The notes beneath the pieces were generated by a model. It was not told the DNA's origin, did no database searches, and saw only the letters and a list, made by a program, of their open reading frames with translations. This document shows, in pieces, positions 21,802 through 31,611 of a stretch of 64,000 nt of DNA. Within the stretch, counting starts at the first letter, position 1; every line of letters starts with the position of its first letter. A program made the translations under genes and the position numbers. The stretch covers positions 7,041 to 71,040 of the forward strand of contig CDMY01000467.1 in the NCBI GenBank assembly GCA_001179505.1. The letters are read 5' to 3'. The stretch is from Vitrella brassicaformis CCMP3155. Its lineage: Eukaryota > Protista > Chromerida.

Positions 21802-22284
21802 CTAAAGAATGCCTAAACTCAGCGCCTTGTCAATAGGCATCACAGCTCCCATAGCTAATAACAGAGATAACCAGAACCCGAAAACAAAAGTCAAAAGACC
21901 AACGGGACGTCGCCAAGGGTTTTGACGACTGTTTGCTTCTAGGAACGGTACTAAAATTAGGCCGGCTGGCACAGCAGCCATAGCTAGAACCCCCAGTAGC
22001 TTGTCTGGCAGCACTCGAAGCAGATTAAATGTTGGGAAAAAGTACCACTCCGGAAGAATTTCTAGTGGAGTCGCGAAAGGATCCGCTCGTTCGCCAATTT
22101 CAGAAGGCTCTAAAACTGCTAAACATACACATACTCCTAACGTGCCTAAGATAACAACAGGGAACATATAAAGCAGGTCATTAGGCCACGCAGGCTCCCC
22201 AAAACTGCTATACCCCATGCCTTTAGAAAGTTTGCGCAGAAACTTTACATCCGTGAAATCTGGTTGCTTGTTAAGTTTTTTCAT
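21802..22284 (-). CDS. petD: Cytochrome b6f subunit IV
   Basis: [34 protein letters not shown]. Confidence 0.96.
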   Translation of the reverse strand: MKKLNKQPDFTDVKFLRKLSKGMGYSSFGEPAWPNDLLYMFPVVILGTLGVCVCLAVLEPSEIGERADPFATPLEILPEWYFFPTFNLLRVLPDKLLGVLAMAAVPAGLILVPFLEANSRQNPWRRPVGLLTFVFGFWLSLLLAMGAVMPIDKALSLGIL

Positions 22285-22332
22285 AGACTCTTCGAGACAT
22301 ACTTCACTGAGTAGCAATCTGAACTTTCCGTG

Positions 22333-22743
22333 CTAACTATTTTTAACCTCTAGATCCACTGCAGAAGACAGAAATAGATGTGAACTGAAGCTCTGTTCGC
22401 CCAGTAGCCTAACGGCCTGGCTAGATAAAGAGGCATGCACTAAGATAGCCTTCAGACCATACCTAAACTTGCTAGCCACAAAAGCAGAAATCTCGTCCCA
22501 CCCATCTTTAAGCGCCAACAAAGATCTGTTGTAAGGAGTAAACATCAAAGTTCGAACAAAAGACTGGTTTCTAGTGAAAGAGGCTTTGCTGATTAAAACC
22601 ACTTTCCCATATATAAATTCTCCCAGCAACAAAGTTAGAGCAGTTCCTAGCAAGGTGCAATCAAAATCGAACAGCCCCAAGGTCGAAGTGTCTAGAACAG
22701 CCAGAAAATGCCCCATGGCAAGCCGTTGCCTTGTGAAGACCAT
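22333..22743 (-). CDS. atpG: ORF136, probable highly divergent ATP synthase CF0 subunit b' (AtpG)
   Basis: GLFDFDCTLLGTALTLLL resembles the AtpG signature GGLFDF(D/N)ATLPLMA.QFL; single N-terminal hydrophobic segment; similar length. Confidence 0.6.
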   Translation of the reverse strand: MVFTRQRLAMGHFLAVLDTSTLGLFDFDCTLLGTALTLLLGEFIYGKVVLISKASFTRNQSFVRTLMFTPYNRSLLALKDGWDEISAFVASKFRYGLKAILVHASLSSQAVRLLGEQSFSSHLFLSSAVDLEVKNS

Positions 22744-22778
22744 GTTCTTCTCACCAAAACAGGACTGTTATTCAGGAC

Positions 22779-23642
22779 TTACATGCTCCAAAGCTGAACG
22801 CGCTCGTACTGTTTTTTCTTCAAAACCAGAAAAATTTGGGCCAAGGTTATGCCCACACAAAATATGAACAGCCCCACTAAACGATTTTTCTTCTGGAGCA
22901 CGATACCAGCTTCTGATTGCCCAAAGCCTCCTATATTCGGATCTAGTGTAAGAGGCTGGTCAACTTTCACTAGCTGTCCCTTAGACACTGCTAGATCGAT
23001 GCCCCGAGGCACCTTTTGTGTCAACGTATCTCCACTGCCAGTTTTTAAGCTTATGACACACTCACCGTTAGGCTTTCGCTGAACATCAGTAATCTCCCCA
23101 TTGGCTGGAGCAGTAACCAAGTTGTTGTTGGTTTTGTCCCCGTTAGGATTCACTTGACCACGACCGCGATTGGCTCCTACGTAAATGGTGTATTTTTGCC
23201 CCAGTGCGTCGTCTGAAGGCGACACAACAGGGAAGTAGAGTTCACGGTTGGCTTCTCCGTAGACCGGCCCCACAACTAAAATGTTATCCGCCTCTGGCCC
23301 ATATGGAATGACAGAGTTTGAAAAACGTGCATCCTTTGGTGTACGGTCGGCGGGCGCCAGCTTAAAACCTTCCGGCAAAATAACCACGGCACCTACGCCT
23401 ACAGGCCCTTTCGACCCATCGCCCAACAGCTGTTCTGCGTTTTGGGGATAAGGAACCGTAACTTTCACTGCGAAGCTAGAGTCTGGAAAAACCGCCTGTA
23501 CAGTCTCCACTTCTACGGGCTTGGCAGCTAGGTGACAGTTGGCGCACACGATTCGTCCATTAGCTTCGCGTGGATTGGCGTAAGCTTGTTGTGCATAAAT
23601 AGGAAATGACAAGTCAAAGTTCACACTCATGGTCATAGCCAA
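22779..23642 (-). CDS. petA: Cytochrome f (leader very short)
   Basis: FPIYAQQ..NPREANGRIVCANCHLA, GNRGRGQ-like motif, PNIGGFGQ, C-terminal KKKQYERVQ. Confidence 0.96.
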   Translation of the reverse strand: MAMTMSVNFDLSFPIYAQQAYANPREANGRIVCANCHLAAKPVEVETVQAVFPDSSFAVKVTVPYPQNAEQLLGDGSKGPVGVGAVVILPEGFKLAPADRTPKDARFSNSVIPYGPEADNILVVGPVYGEANRELYFPVVSPSDDALGQKYTIYVGANRGRGQVNPNGDKTNNNLVTAPANGEITDVQRKPNGECVISLKTGSGDTLTQKVPRGIDLAVSKGQLVKVDQPLTLDPNIGGFGQSEAGIVLQKKNRLVGLFIFCVGITLAQIFLVLKKKQYERVQLWSM

Positions 23643-23716
23643 ACTGACATTTTCTTCTCGCCTTCAATCTAGTTTACAAAATGGTTGTCCGCTAACTAGT
23701 AAGCAAAAATTTAGAT

Positions 23717-25159
23717 TTAGTCGATGGGCTTCATAGATAAAACTGGTTCATTCGCTCTGTCAATTCCTTTTTCAAAGCCTGCAGCCTGAGCTCGAGCTCG
23801 GCCTGCGTGCCACCAGTGTCCTACTAGTAAGAAAAATCCTAGGAAGAAGTGAGCGCAAGTTAGCCATGAGCGAGGAGAAACATAGTTTACAGAATTTATT
23901 TCTGTAGCTACGCCTCCGACAGAATTTAGCGCCCCTAAAGGAGCATGTGTCATATACTCAGCGGCACGACGTTCCTGCCAAGGTTGGATATCAGAACGGA
24001 TTTTATTGATATCTAAACCATTAGGTCCTCTTAGAGGCTCGATCCATGGCGCTCGAACATCCCAGAAGCGCATGGTTTCGCCACCAAAAATAACCTCGCC
24101 GCTCGGAGAACGCATCAAGTATTTTCCTAGACCTGTGGGACCTTGTGCAGTAGCCACATTTTCGCCTAATTTTTGGTCACGAACCAAAAACGAAAAAGCT
24201 TGAGCTTGAGAAGCTTCCGCGCCTGTAGGACCATAGAATTCACTTGGGTAAGCCGTGTTATTGAACCACACATAAATAGACGCAGTCAGTCCCATAACAG
24301 ATAGGGCGCCCAAACTGTATGATAAGTATGCTTCACCAGACCAGATAAAGGCACGACGAACCCATGGAGCCGGGTCACTAAAATAGTGGAAGAAGCCCCC
24401 TACTATACACAAAACGCCCACGTAGATATGACCACCAATAAGGTCCTCCATATTATTGATAGAAATAATCCACCCATCCCCTCCAAAAGGAGCTTTTAGT
24501 GTGTACGCAAAGATGGTTGCGGGATCAAGCGTCGGCGTATCTATCACACGCACATCTCCGCCTCCTGGGGCCCACGTATCGTAAACGCCATGCGTTTGCG
24601 CCCAGAAAACTAAAGACAGTGATCCTAAGCCTAACAAAACCAGGTGGTAACCAAGAATAGTAGTCATCTTATCTTTGTCACGCCAGTCGTACTCAAAGAT
24701 AGGAAACTTTTTCAAGCTAGCTGGTCCAAACAGAGAGTGAAACACTCCACCATAACCAAGCACAGCCGACGATATAAGATGCACCACTCCTACCACAAAA
24801 TATGGGTAAGTGTCTACAATCTCTCCACCTGGACCTACTCCTAGGCCAAGCGTAGCTAAATGAGGTAAGAGGATAGCTCCTTGTTCGTAGAGAGGCTTTT
24901 CAGGAATGTAATGTGACACCTCGAACAAAGTCATAGCCCCGGCCCAAAAGACAATCAAGCCAGCGTGGGCCACATGAGCACCCAGAAGTCTATTAGCGTA
25001 CCTCTCATCAATTAAACGAGCATTGCCAGCCCACCAAGCAAAGCCGGTGCTTTCAATGTTTAGAGTTGCTGCATAAGGTAGGTTTTTAATGTAAGGAATG
25101 CGGGGTGACTTATATAGACCAGCGCTATTTTTAAATATATCCATGGGTGCAAGAGACAT
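23717..25159 (-). CDS. psbC: PSII CP43
   Basis: [54 protein letters not shown]. Confidence 0.98.
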   Translation of the reverse strand: MSLAPMDIFKNSAGLYKSPRIPYIKNLPYAATLNIESTGFAWWAGNARLIDERYANRLLGAHVAHAGLIVFWAGAMTLFEVSHYIPEKPLYEQGAILLPHLATLGLGVGPGGEIVDTYPYFVVGVVHLISSAVLGYGGVFHSLFGPASLKKFPIFEYDWRDKDKMTTILGYHLVLLGLGSLSLVFWAQTHGVYDTWAPGGGDVRVIDTPTLDPATIFAYTLKAPFGGDGWIISINNMEDLIGGHIYVGVLCIVGGFFHYFSDPAPWVRRAFIWSGEAYLSYSLGALSVMGLTASIYVWFNNTAYPSEFYGPTGAEASQAQAFSFLVRDQKLGENVATAQGPTGLGKYLMRSPSGEVIFGGETMRFWDVRAPWIEPLRGPNGLDINKIRSDIQPWQERRAAEYMTHAPLGALNSVGGVATEINSVNYVSPRSWLTCAHFFLGFFLLVGHWWHAGRARAQAAGFEKGIDRANEPVLSMKPID

Positions 25160-25219
25160 ATACTGAAAGCTGATTAAATTGAAAATTACTCATCACATGT
25201 TTATTTAGCAGCATATACG

Positions 25220-26761
25220 TTATGAACCAGTCCCAGTTAGTCGCCCCGCTGCGGAGAACGAAGGGGCTCGCTCTTTAGCTTCGTACATTAGTTCGAGGGT
25301 AATTTGGTTTTGGTTAACGCTTGAAGCATAAGCTTCAACTTGCTGCTTAATTTTAGATCGTACGAAGGCCGGAATCTTTTGTAAGTGTAGTTTAGCCGGT
25401 TCTGACCATTCATGCATGGAGTCTGAATTCTGCGGCGTTGCTGCGGCGGGTGAGTCGTGGCCCCCAAAAATATCTAGCAGATGATCCTCCATCCCCAAAA
25501 CAAAAGAATTGTAGATTAGGTCAGCAATCTGGTTCACCCCCTCGTATCCAACAAAAGGCCTGTAGCCGATTGGAAAGTTTTGAATGTGAATAGGGGCTGA
25601 AATCACCGCACAAGGGATTCCAAGTTTTTTTCCAATGTGACGTTCCATTTGCGTTCCAAAGATGGCATCGGGCTGAGCTTTGACAATAAAATCAGACACC
25701 AGGCTCGAGTGGTCGGTTAAAAGGACTTGATCGCAAAAATTCTCTACAAAAGCCTTGAACCATAAATGGTCGTGTTGGCAATATGTCCCACAAACTAGAA
25801 CTCTTACGTCTAGTTCAGAGTGTAACACTCTAGCAAAAGCAGACGCGTGACTCGAGTCTGCAAACACGAACGCTTTTTTTCCCGTTAAATTTTGACAGTC
25901 AATGGAACGAGCAAACCAAGCGGCTTGAGACTGAAATTTGGTCTGTCTGCCAATATAGCCTTGGAAGTCAACGTCATAGTTCAGCTTTTTAAGCTGCTGC
26001 TCCAACTCAGCAACCCAATCGGTCAAATTGGAAATCCCAATAGGAGAAATTGAAATATAAGGAATTCCTGTCTCAGCCTGCAGCCATTCGGCTGCTAAAA
26101 GTCCAATTTCCCTGTACAAGACTATGTTCAGAGATGCATTAGACATCTTCGTTAAGTCGGTTACTGCAAGGTTTCCCGGAACAACAAGATTAATCTGTAT
26201 CTGCAAGTCTTGCAGGAGCCGTTTGATTTCAATAATGTCGTGTTGGTTGTGAAAAGCTAGGCTAAATGATCCGATGATGTTAACTGTCGGGGCGTCTGGA
26301 ACTCCTTGGAATTTTGGTTGGACATAGAGTTTAATAATTTGTTGAAGAGTCTTATCTGCCGCCTCCAACTCGTTCACACGATAGTGGTTGATGTCTGCCA
26401 GTAACACGTCACAATTGGTTTCTAGCGAGGCTCGGTGAACAAAGTTGTGCAAATCTTCTTGCAAAATGCTGGATGTGCAGGTGGGAGTCACCACAATTAA
26501 GTCAGATTTGTTTTCTCGACGCTGACGAGCTATGTTACTTACCACCTTATCTTTAGACCCTCTAGCCAGCACATGACGGTCCACCACACTAGCCGTGACT
26601 TTGGTAAAGTCCCTCTGTCGTTCCATCATGGACCTCATGACATTAAAATAATCGTCACCCAAGGGTGCGTGCATGATCGCATGAACCCCCTTGAACGAGG
26701 TAGCGATTCGAAGCGTGCCGATGTGAGCTGGTCCAGAATACATCCAGTACGCCAGTTTCAT
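25220..26761 (-). CDS. chlB: DPOR subunit B
   Basis: MKLAYWMYSGPAHIGTLR, HAPLGDDYFNVMRSM, FGTQMERHIGK. Confidence 0.97.
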   Translation of the reverse strand: MKLAYWMYSGPAHIGTLRIATSFKGVHAIMHAPLGDDYFNVMRSMMERQRDFTKVTASVVDRHVLARGSKDKVVSNIARQRRENKSDLIVVTPTCTSSILQEDLHNFVHRASLETNCDVLLADINHYRVNELEAADKTLQQIIKLYVQPKFQGVPDAPTVNIIGSFSLAFHNQHDIIEIKRLLQDLQIQINLVVPGNLAVTDLTKMSNASLNIVLYREIGLLAAEWLQAETGIPYISISPIGISNLTDWVAELEQQLKKLNYDVDFQGYIGRQTKFQSQAAWFARSIDCQNLTGKKAFVFADSSHASAFARVLHSELDVRVLVCGTYCQHDHLWFKAFVENFCDQVLLTDHSSLVSDFIVKAQPDAIFGTQMERHIGKKLGIPCAVISAPIHIQNFPIGYRPFVGYEGVNQIADLIYNSFVLGMEDHLLDIFGGHDSPAAATPQNSDSMHEWSEPAKLHLQKIPAFVRSKIKQQVEAYASSVNQNQITLELMYEAKERAPSFSAAGRLTGTGS

Positions 26762-26835
26762 TCGAGTGGGGATTGAGGACTGAAGAGACAATCTTAAATG
26801 TACAGTATCCTCGCAATATGTAGTGAAAAGTCAAA

Positions 26836-29397
26836 CTAAGCTTCCTGCGGGCTGAGGTTTAATGCACTCACAGTCAAGGTCAAGTCCTTGGTCAGTCTGT
26901 CTGTGGAAAACCTAGCTAATAGAGGCTGCTTGAGTGAATACTTGAACAACAAATTACTCAGTGGAATTTCCACCATCCGACTAAGAGCTCTGGCTAGAGG
27001 ACGGGCTCCGTAACCTGGCTGATAGCCCGCTTTCACTATTAGTTCTTTGGCTTCGTTTGTAACATTAAGGACTACTGGTTGTTTCGCGGCATTAAGTTTC
27101 TGTCTCAGTTCATTGATGTATTTGTCCAAGATAGAGGTTAGTTCATTAAAAGACAGGTTGTTAAAAACTACCATTCTATCGATACGGTTAATAAACTCTG
27201 GCCTGAAGTATTTTTCCAAGGCAGCTTGAACACGTCCAGAAATATAACGATAGGTTTTTTCTTCATGAAGAGACTCTTCTTGAACGTCTTTTGGATAGCC
27301 TAGGTTCGATGTGAATATAAGAATAGTATTAGTAAAGTCAACTTTCTGACCAGTGGAATCCGTGAGTCGCCCGTCATCCAATATTTGCAGCATAACATTC
27401 GATACATCCTCATGCGCCTTCTCGATCTCATCGAATAAAACGACGCTATAGGGCTGTTTTTTTACTGCCTCGGTAAGCTGCCCTCCCTCCCCATAACCCA
27501 CATATCCAGGGGGAGAGCCTATTAATCTGGATGTCGAGTGTTTCTCCATGAATTCGCTCATGTCGAATCTAACCAGATTAGCATCCGAGCCAAAAAGACT
27601 TTCAGATAAAGCTTTGGCAAGCTCGGTTTTTCCTACTCCCGTCGGCCCTGCAAAGAAGAAGCTGGCCAAAGGTCGCCCTATATTTTGAAACCCTAGTCGA
27701 GCTCGCCGCACGGCATCAGCCACAATGGACACGGCTCTGTTTTGTCCTATGACGCGTTTTTGTAAGCTAGACTCTAACGTGGTCATTTTAGCCTCTTCAT
27801 CACTAGAAATCTCAGCCGTGGGAACTCCACTCCACAGTGACAGAACGTTGGCTAAATGCGATGCAGACACTGCGGGATACTGAAGGGCTGCCAGGTAATC
27901 TTTATCAGTTTGTTGACGCAGAAGGAATTGTTCAAATTTTTTCCACGGCAAGATTAATTCGTACTCTTCTCTTCTTAGATACGACTCAATGGCCTGTTTG
28001 CTGGTTTCTAGCAATTGTTCCACATAGCCATCACTTTGTGATAAGGGCAACTGGTATTTCTGCTCGTGCTCCAGTCTAGCCTCCAGGCACGCAAAATCAA
28101 GTAAATCAATAGCTTTGTCTGGGAATGGTCTGGCAGTCAGATAGCGCTGACTTAGCTCCAAGCACTTTTCAAGCATAGTATTAGGTATGATGACCTTGTG
28201 ATACTTTTCAAAATCATCTCTAAAGCCGACTAGAATGTCTCTAGTCTGGTTAAGCGAAGGCTCTTGAATAAATATAACCTCGAACCATCGCACGAAAGCC
28301 TGGTCTTTCTCCAGCTGTTTTTTGTACTCAGCGTAAGTTGTTGTGCCTATTAACTTTAATCTATTATTGGACAAGGCTTCTCTCAAAATGCTTCCAGCCG
28401 ATAGCCCACCCTCTGATGCGCCCATGCCTACTAAAGCATGGATGTCTTCTATGCACAGAACCACTTCCGGTTGCTTCTCTAGTTCTGCAATCAGAGAGTT
28501 TACTTTTTGCTCAAGGTCTCCTCTGAACTGGGCTTCGCTTACTAATGATGAAGTGTTCAAATTCCACAAAACCGTTTGCTGAAGATCAGCCGGTACTTGT
28601 TTTGACTCAATTCTCTTGGCTAGAAGCTCTAGAATAGTGGTTTTTCCCACTCCAGGATCTCCTACTAAAATAGCGTTGCGTTTTTGCTTGCGCGATAACA
28701 CCTTAACTAAACGTGTTACTTCTTCAGATCTTCCTATAATCCATTTGTCTTCGAGTACACTTATTTGATTACCCCACAAGTCTAGTTTGCCCCGAGAAGG
28801 GGTCGGAACTGGAGCATAATTTAAACTAAAGTAAGAAAGAAGTTGATGTTTAGAAATATTAAGAAAAGGGAGAGCCTGTCGTACATCGGGATACTTTTCA
28901 CTTTCCTTTAACAGTATCCCCATGAGATCGAAACAGTTCACGTACTGTGTTTTCGTGCCGTCTCTGTCCACTGCAAAGGTAGTTCGGCGCAACAAATCAC
29001 TGGCTCCAGAGGATAGTCTCCATTCCAAATCAAAATATAAATTCCATCCAGTCATGTAATCCTCACTCCTCCCATGCCTTGCCCTCTCCATTTCTTCGCT
29101 AATCACATGTCTCACTTCAGCAAAGAATGGGTTTGGCTCATAAACACGAAAAGGCACTTGGGCAAAGTACGACCGTTGAACTGCAAAAAGGACATCTTCT
29201 ACACTGTTAACGTTTGATCGACGCAAAAGGTTGTCTTGGTTCCAAAGAGCAGCACCAAGGAGGTGTGAGGGATATATGAGATCTGCATATGTGTAGTCCG
29301 CAATGAGGCTAGCATCATAAATAAGCCACAATAATTCCTGACTAAATGGGGCGATGTGGTATGTTAGGTCATCGTTTTGCTTCGCTTTTTGAGTCAT
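26836..29397 (-). CDS. clpC: Clp ATPase ClpC
   Basis: Two AAA modules (GDPGVGKT; GPTGVGKTE), RFDMSEFME, GSPPGYVGYGEGGQLTE. Confidence 0.95.
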   Translation of the reverse strand: MTQKAKQNDDLTYHIAPFSQELLWLIYDASLIADYTYADLIYPSHLLGAALWNQDNLLRRSNVNSVEDVLFAVQRSYFAQVPFRVYEPNPFFAEVRHVISEEMERARHGRSEDYMTGWNLYFDLEWRLSSGASDLLRRTTFAVDRDGTKTQYVNCFDLMGILLKESEKYPDVRQALPFLNISKHQLLSYFSLNYAPVPTPSRGKLDLWGNQISVLEDKWIIGRSEEVTRLVKVLSRKQKRNAILVGDPGVGKTTILELLAKRIESKQVPADLQQTVLWNLNTSSLVSEAQFRGDLEQKVNSLIAELEKQPEVVLCIEDIHALVGMGASEGGLSAGSILREALSNNRLKLIGTTTYAEYKKQLEKDQAFVRWFEVIFIQEPSLNQTRDILVGFRDDFEKYHKVIIPNTMLEKCLELSQRYLTARPFPDKAIDLLDFACLEARLEHEQKYQLPLSQSDGYVEQLLETSKQAIESYLRREEYELILPWKKFEQFLLRQQTDKDYLAALQYPAVSASHLANVLSLWSGVPTAEISSDEEAKMTTLESSLQKRVIGQNRAVSIVADAVRRARLGFQNIGRPLASFFFAGPTGVGKTELAKALSESLFGSDANLVRFDMSEFMEKHSTSRLIGSPPGYVGYGEGGQLTEAVKKQPYSVVLFDEIEKAHEDVSNVMLQILDDGRLTDSTGQKVDFTNTILIFTSNLGYPKDVQEESLHEEKTYRYISGRVQAALEKYFRPEFINRIDRMVVFNNLSFNELTSILDKYINELRQKLNAAKQPVVLNVTNEAKELIVKAGYQPGYGARPLARALSRMVEIPLSNLLFKYSLKQPLLARFSTDRLTKDLTLTVSALNLSPQEA

Positions 29398-29438
29398 ATT
29401 GTTTAACGTTCTACTGTGCTTGAAAACACCTGGCCCTG

Positions 29439-29681
29439 CTAATAGGCCAATCCCATGCTTCGAGTAGTTTCATCACCTAAATAAACGCGTATACTAAGAA
29501 AATCCGTCGGACAGGCAGACTCGCACCTTTTACAGCCCACACAGTCCTCGAGCCTTGGAGCAGAGGCCATTTGTCCAGCCTTGCATCCCGGCCAAGGAGC
29601 CATTTCCAGCACATCTGTTGGGCACGCTCGGACACATTGAGTGCAGCCGATGCAGGTGTCGTAAATCAAAACCTGGTGCAT
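29439..29681 (-). CDS. psaC: PSI iron-sulfur centre
   Basis: [12 protein letters not shown] and [12 protein letters not shown]. Confidence 0.98.
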   Translation of the reverse strand: MHQVLIYDTCIGCTQCVRACPTDVLEMAPWPGCKAGQMASAPRLEDCVGCKRCESACPTDFLSIRVYLGDETTRSMGLAY

Positions 29682-29764
29682 AAACAACCCATAACGTTCC
29701 AAACCACACCTAGCTTAATATGTCTTTTCGGCTAATCAAACGCCCATTGAGATGCTTTCACGCA

Positions 29765-30199
29765 CTAATCAGTGGCCGGCATAGCTGAAACCCCCATGTT
29801 GCGAGCAGTGCCTGAAACAATCTTTTTGGCTACTTCTAAATTTTCCGTGTTCAAATCTGGCAACTTTTGTCTAGCTATTTCCTCCAGTTGCTGTTGAGTT
29901 AAGCGTCCCGCTGGGCTTTGTTTCGGATTAGCAGACCCTTTCTTAATTGAAACGGCTTGAAGAATCAAAAGAGAGGTTGGAGGAGTCTTTAGCACAAAAG
30001 TGAAGCTGCGGTCATCATATATAGTGATCTCCGCAGGCACAATCGTGTTTGTCATAGAACTAGTCTGATCGTTATATTGTTTACAAAAAGAAGCAAGATT
30101 AACTCCGAAAGACCCAAGAGCCGGCCCGACAGGGGGCGAAGGCGTGGCTTTCCCCGCCGATAAAGCTAGTTTGACCTTACCTATGAGTTTTTTGGACAT
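29765..30199 (-). CDS. rpl11: 50S ribosomal protein L11
   Basis: AGKATPSPPVGPALG..GVN...FCK.YN, FTFVLKTPP, GTARNMGV. Confidence 0.96.
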   Translation of the reverse strand: MSKKLIGKVKLALSAGKATPSPPVGPALGSFGVNLASFCKQYNDQTSSMTNTIVPAEITIYDDRSFTFVLKTPPTSLLILQAVSIKKGSANPKQSPAGRLTQQQLEEIARQKLPDLNTENLEVAKKIVSGTARNMGVSAMPATD

Positions 30200-30358
30200 G
30201 TTGTTTTTGACAGGTCGACACACTTAACCAAATGTGCTAGAAAGGAGAAGAAGAGACGAAATGCACTAGACTTTAAACTTGCTCCAAAGCGGTTACTTCA
30301 GGCACAACTGATTAAAGGTGCTTAGACTGGTGTGAAGAATCAAAACTCTTCCTAAAAA

Positions 30359-30982
30359 ATGAAAATTCAGCTCAAAAAAAAGACTTTGCGGAAACTCCAA
30401 CTTACTTCTCACCCACGCTTCCAAGAGAAGCCGCGGTCTCGGTCTCTAGACTTGACGAAGGACTCCAAAATATCGGTGCGTCGACTCATAGAGAAACAGC
30501 GCCTGCGCTATCATCACAGCCTGACACAGTCTCAGGTTAAACGTTATGTCGCGGAGACACGCAAATACCCGGGACCGTCTGGCTTAGCTCTTCTCTGTGA
30601 GTTGGCCATGCGCTTGGATAGCTTTTTGTTTCAAGTAGGGTTTGCTGTATCTATAAGAAGTTCACGACAGTTAATTCGTCACGGCCACGTTTTTGTAAAT
30701 GGACGTGTTGTCTCGTTACCTGGGTACCGGTGCAAGCAGGGTGACCTTATTTGTATTGCTCCTAGAGTGGAAAGTCGAAGATTGGTAAGCCGTCACGTCC
30801 TAGCAACTCGAACCAAACGAGCAGCCAACACTTTCAACAAAAGCTTCTCTGCTTTGACCCCAGTCTCGGAATATGCAAAAGTTTGTCCCCGAAATCTGAA
30901 AATCTTGGTGCTCCGAAACATCAAGCCGCGAGAATTGCTTCTCAAAGTAGACCCCATGCTGGTTCTGGAATCTTTTGCATAG
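30359..30982 (+). CDS. rps4: 30S ribosomal protein S4
   Basis: EKQRLRYH, MRLDSFLFQVGF, RQLIRHGHVFVNG. Confidence 0.92.
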   Translation: MKIQLKKKTLRKLQLTSHPRFQEKPRSRSLDLTKDSKISVRRLIEKQRLRYHHSLTQSQVKRYVAETRKYPGPSGLALLCELAMRLDSFLFQVGFAVSIRSSRQLIRHGHVFVNGRVVSLPGYRCKQGDLICIAPRVESRRLVSRHVLATRTKRAANTFNKSFSALTPVSEYAKVCPRNLKILVLRNIKPRELLLKVDPMLVLESFA

Positions 30983-31009
30983 CGATTTGCTCTGACCAAA
31001 CAACAAAAA

Positions 31010-31083
31010 GGCGTTTGTAGCCAAGTGGTTAAGGCGCTGGTCTGTGGATCCAGTACTCGCGGGTTCGAATCCCGTCATTCGCC
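31010..31083 (+). tRNA. trnH: tRNA-His (GUG)
   Basis: G-1, GTG anticodon; several U-U mismatches in stems. Confidence 0.88.
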
Positions 31084-31118
31084 CTTCTCTCGCGCACATA
31101 GACAAATCCTGATGTTTC

Positions 31119-31190
31119 GGCGGCATAGCCAAGCGGTAAGGCAAAGGATTGCAAATCCTCTATTCCCCAGTTCGAGTCTGGGTGCCGCCT
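31119..31190 (+). tRNA. trnC: tRNA-Cys (GCA)
   Basis: Cloverleaf; TTGCAAA loop. Confidence 0.94.
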
Positions 31191-31191
31191 G

Positions 31192-31443
31192 GGGGGTATG
31201 GTGAAATAGGTAAACACGACGGACTTTGAAGGGACCTTTAGGTCACCTCTGTAAATGCACTGAATTCACACAGCTGGCCATAAAACAGTGCCTCCACGTT
31301 TTCGAGTTAAATGTTAAGTGGTGCAGAGACTTCTCCAGAGTATAGATTTGTAAATGGCGAGTCCTCATTTGCCCTCTTAATGACTATGTAGTGAAAATCC
31401 GTTGACTATTGCAGTCTTGAGGGTTCAAGTCCCTCTACCCCCA
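31192..31443 (+). tRNA. trnL: tRNA-Leu (UAA), split by an intron (exons 31192-31226 and 31394-31443)
   Basis: Joining ...ACGGACTT to AAAATCCGT... rebuilds anticodon arm ACGGA-CTTAAAA-TCCGT; acceptor GGGGGTA/TACCCCC. Confidence 0.9.
31227..31393 (+). mobile_element. Group I intron in trnL(UAA), 167 nt
   Basis: Canonical insertion site after the anticodon U; terminal G; R element GTGCAGAGACT (31321-31331); S-like GGCGAGTCC. Confidence 0.85.
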
Positions 31444-31512
31444 GAATCTAGCAACTCTACTTCTTTTCCAAGACCTATTCTTAGAAGCAGCTTCACAAAC
31501 TTATTGGCTCTT

Positions 31513-31584
31513 CACGCCCTGAAGGATTTGAACCCTCGTCATCGGGTTTTGGAGACCCGCGTTCTACCCCTGAACTAAGGACGC
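31513..31584 (-). tRNA. trnW: tRNA-Trp (CCA)
   Basis: Cloverleaf; CTCCAAA loop. Confidence 0.93.
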
Positions 31585-31611
31585 TCCTTTATTTGTCAGA
31601 GAGGGTGAAAC

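Noticed and set aside
23642-23716. TGA read-through (Chromera-type TGA=Trp) to extend petA
   Set aside because: Conserved Trp residues use TGG, TGA terminates genes such as rpl16 and secY, and read-through gives no ATG or hydrophobic leader
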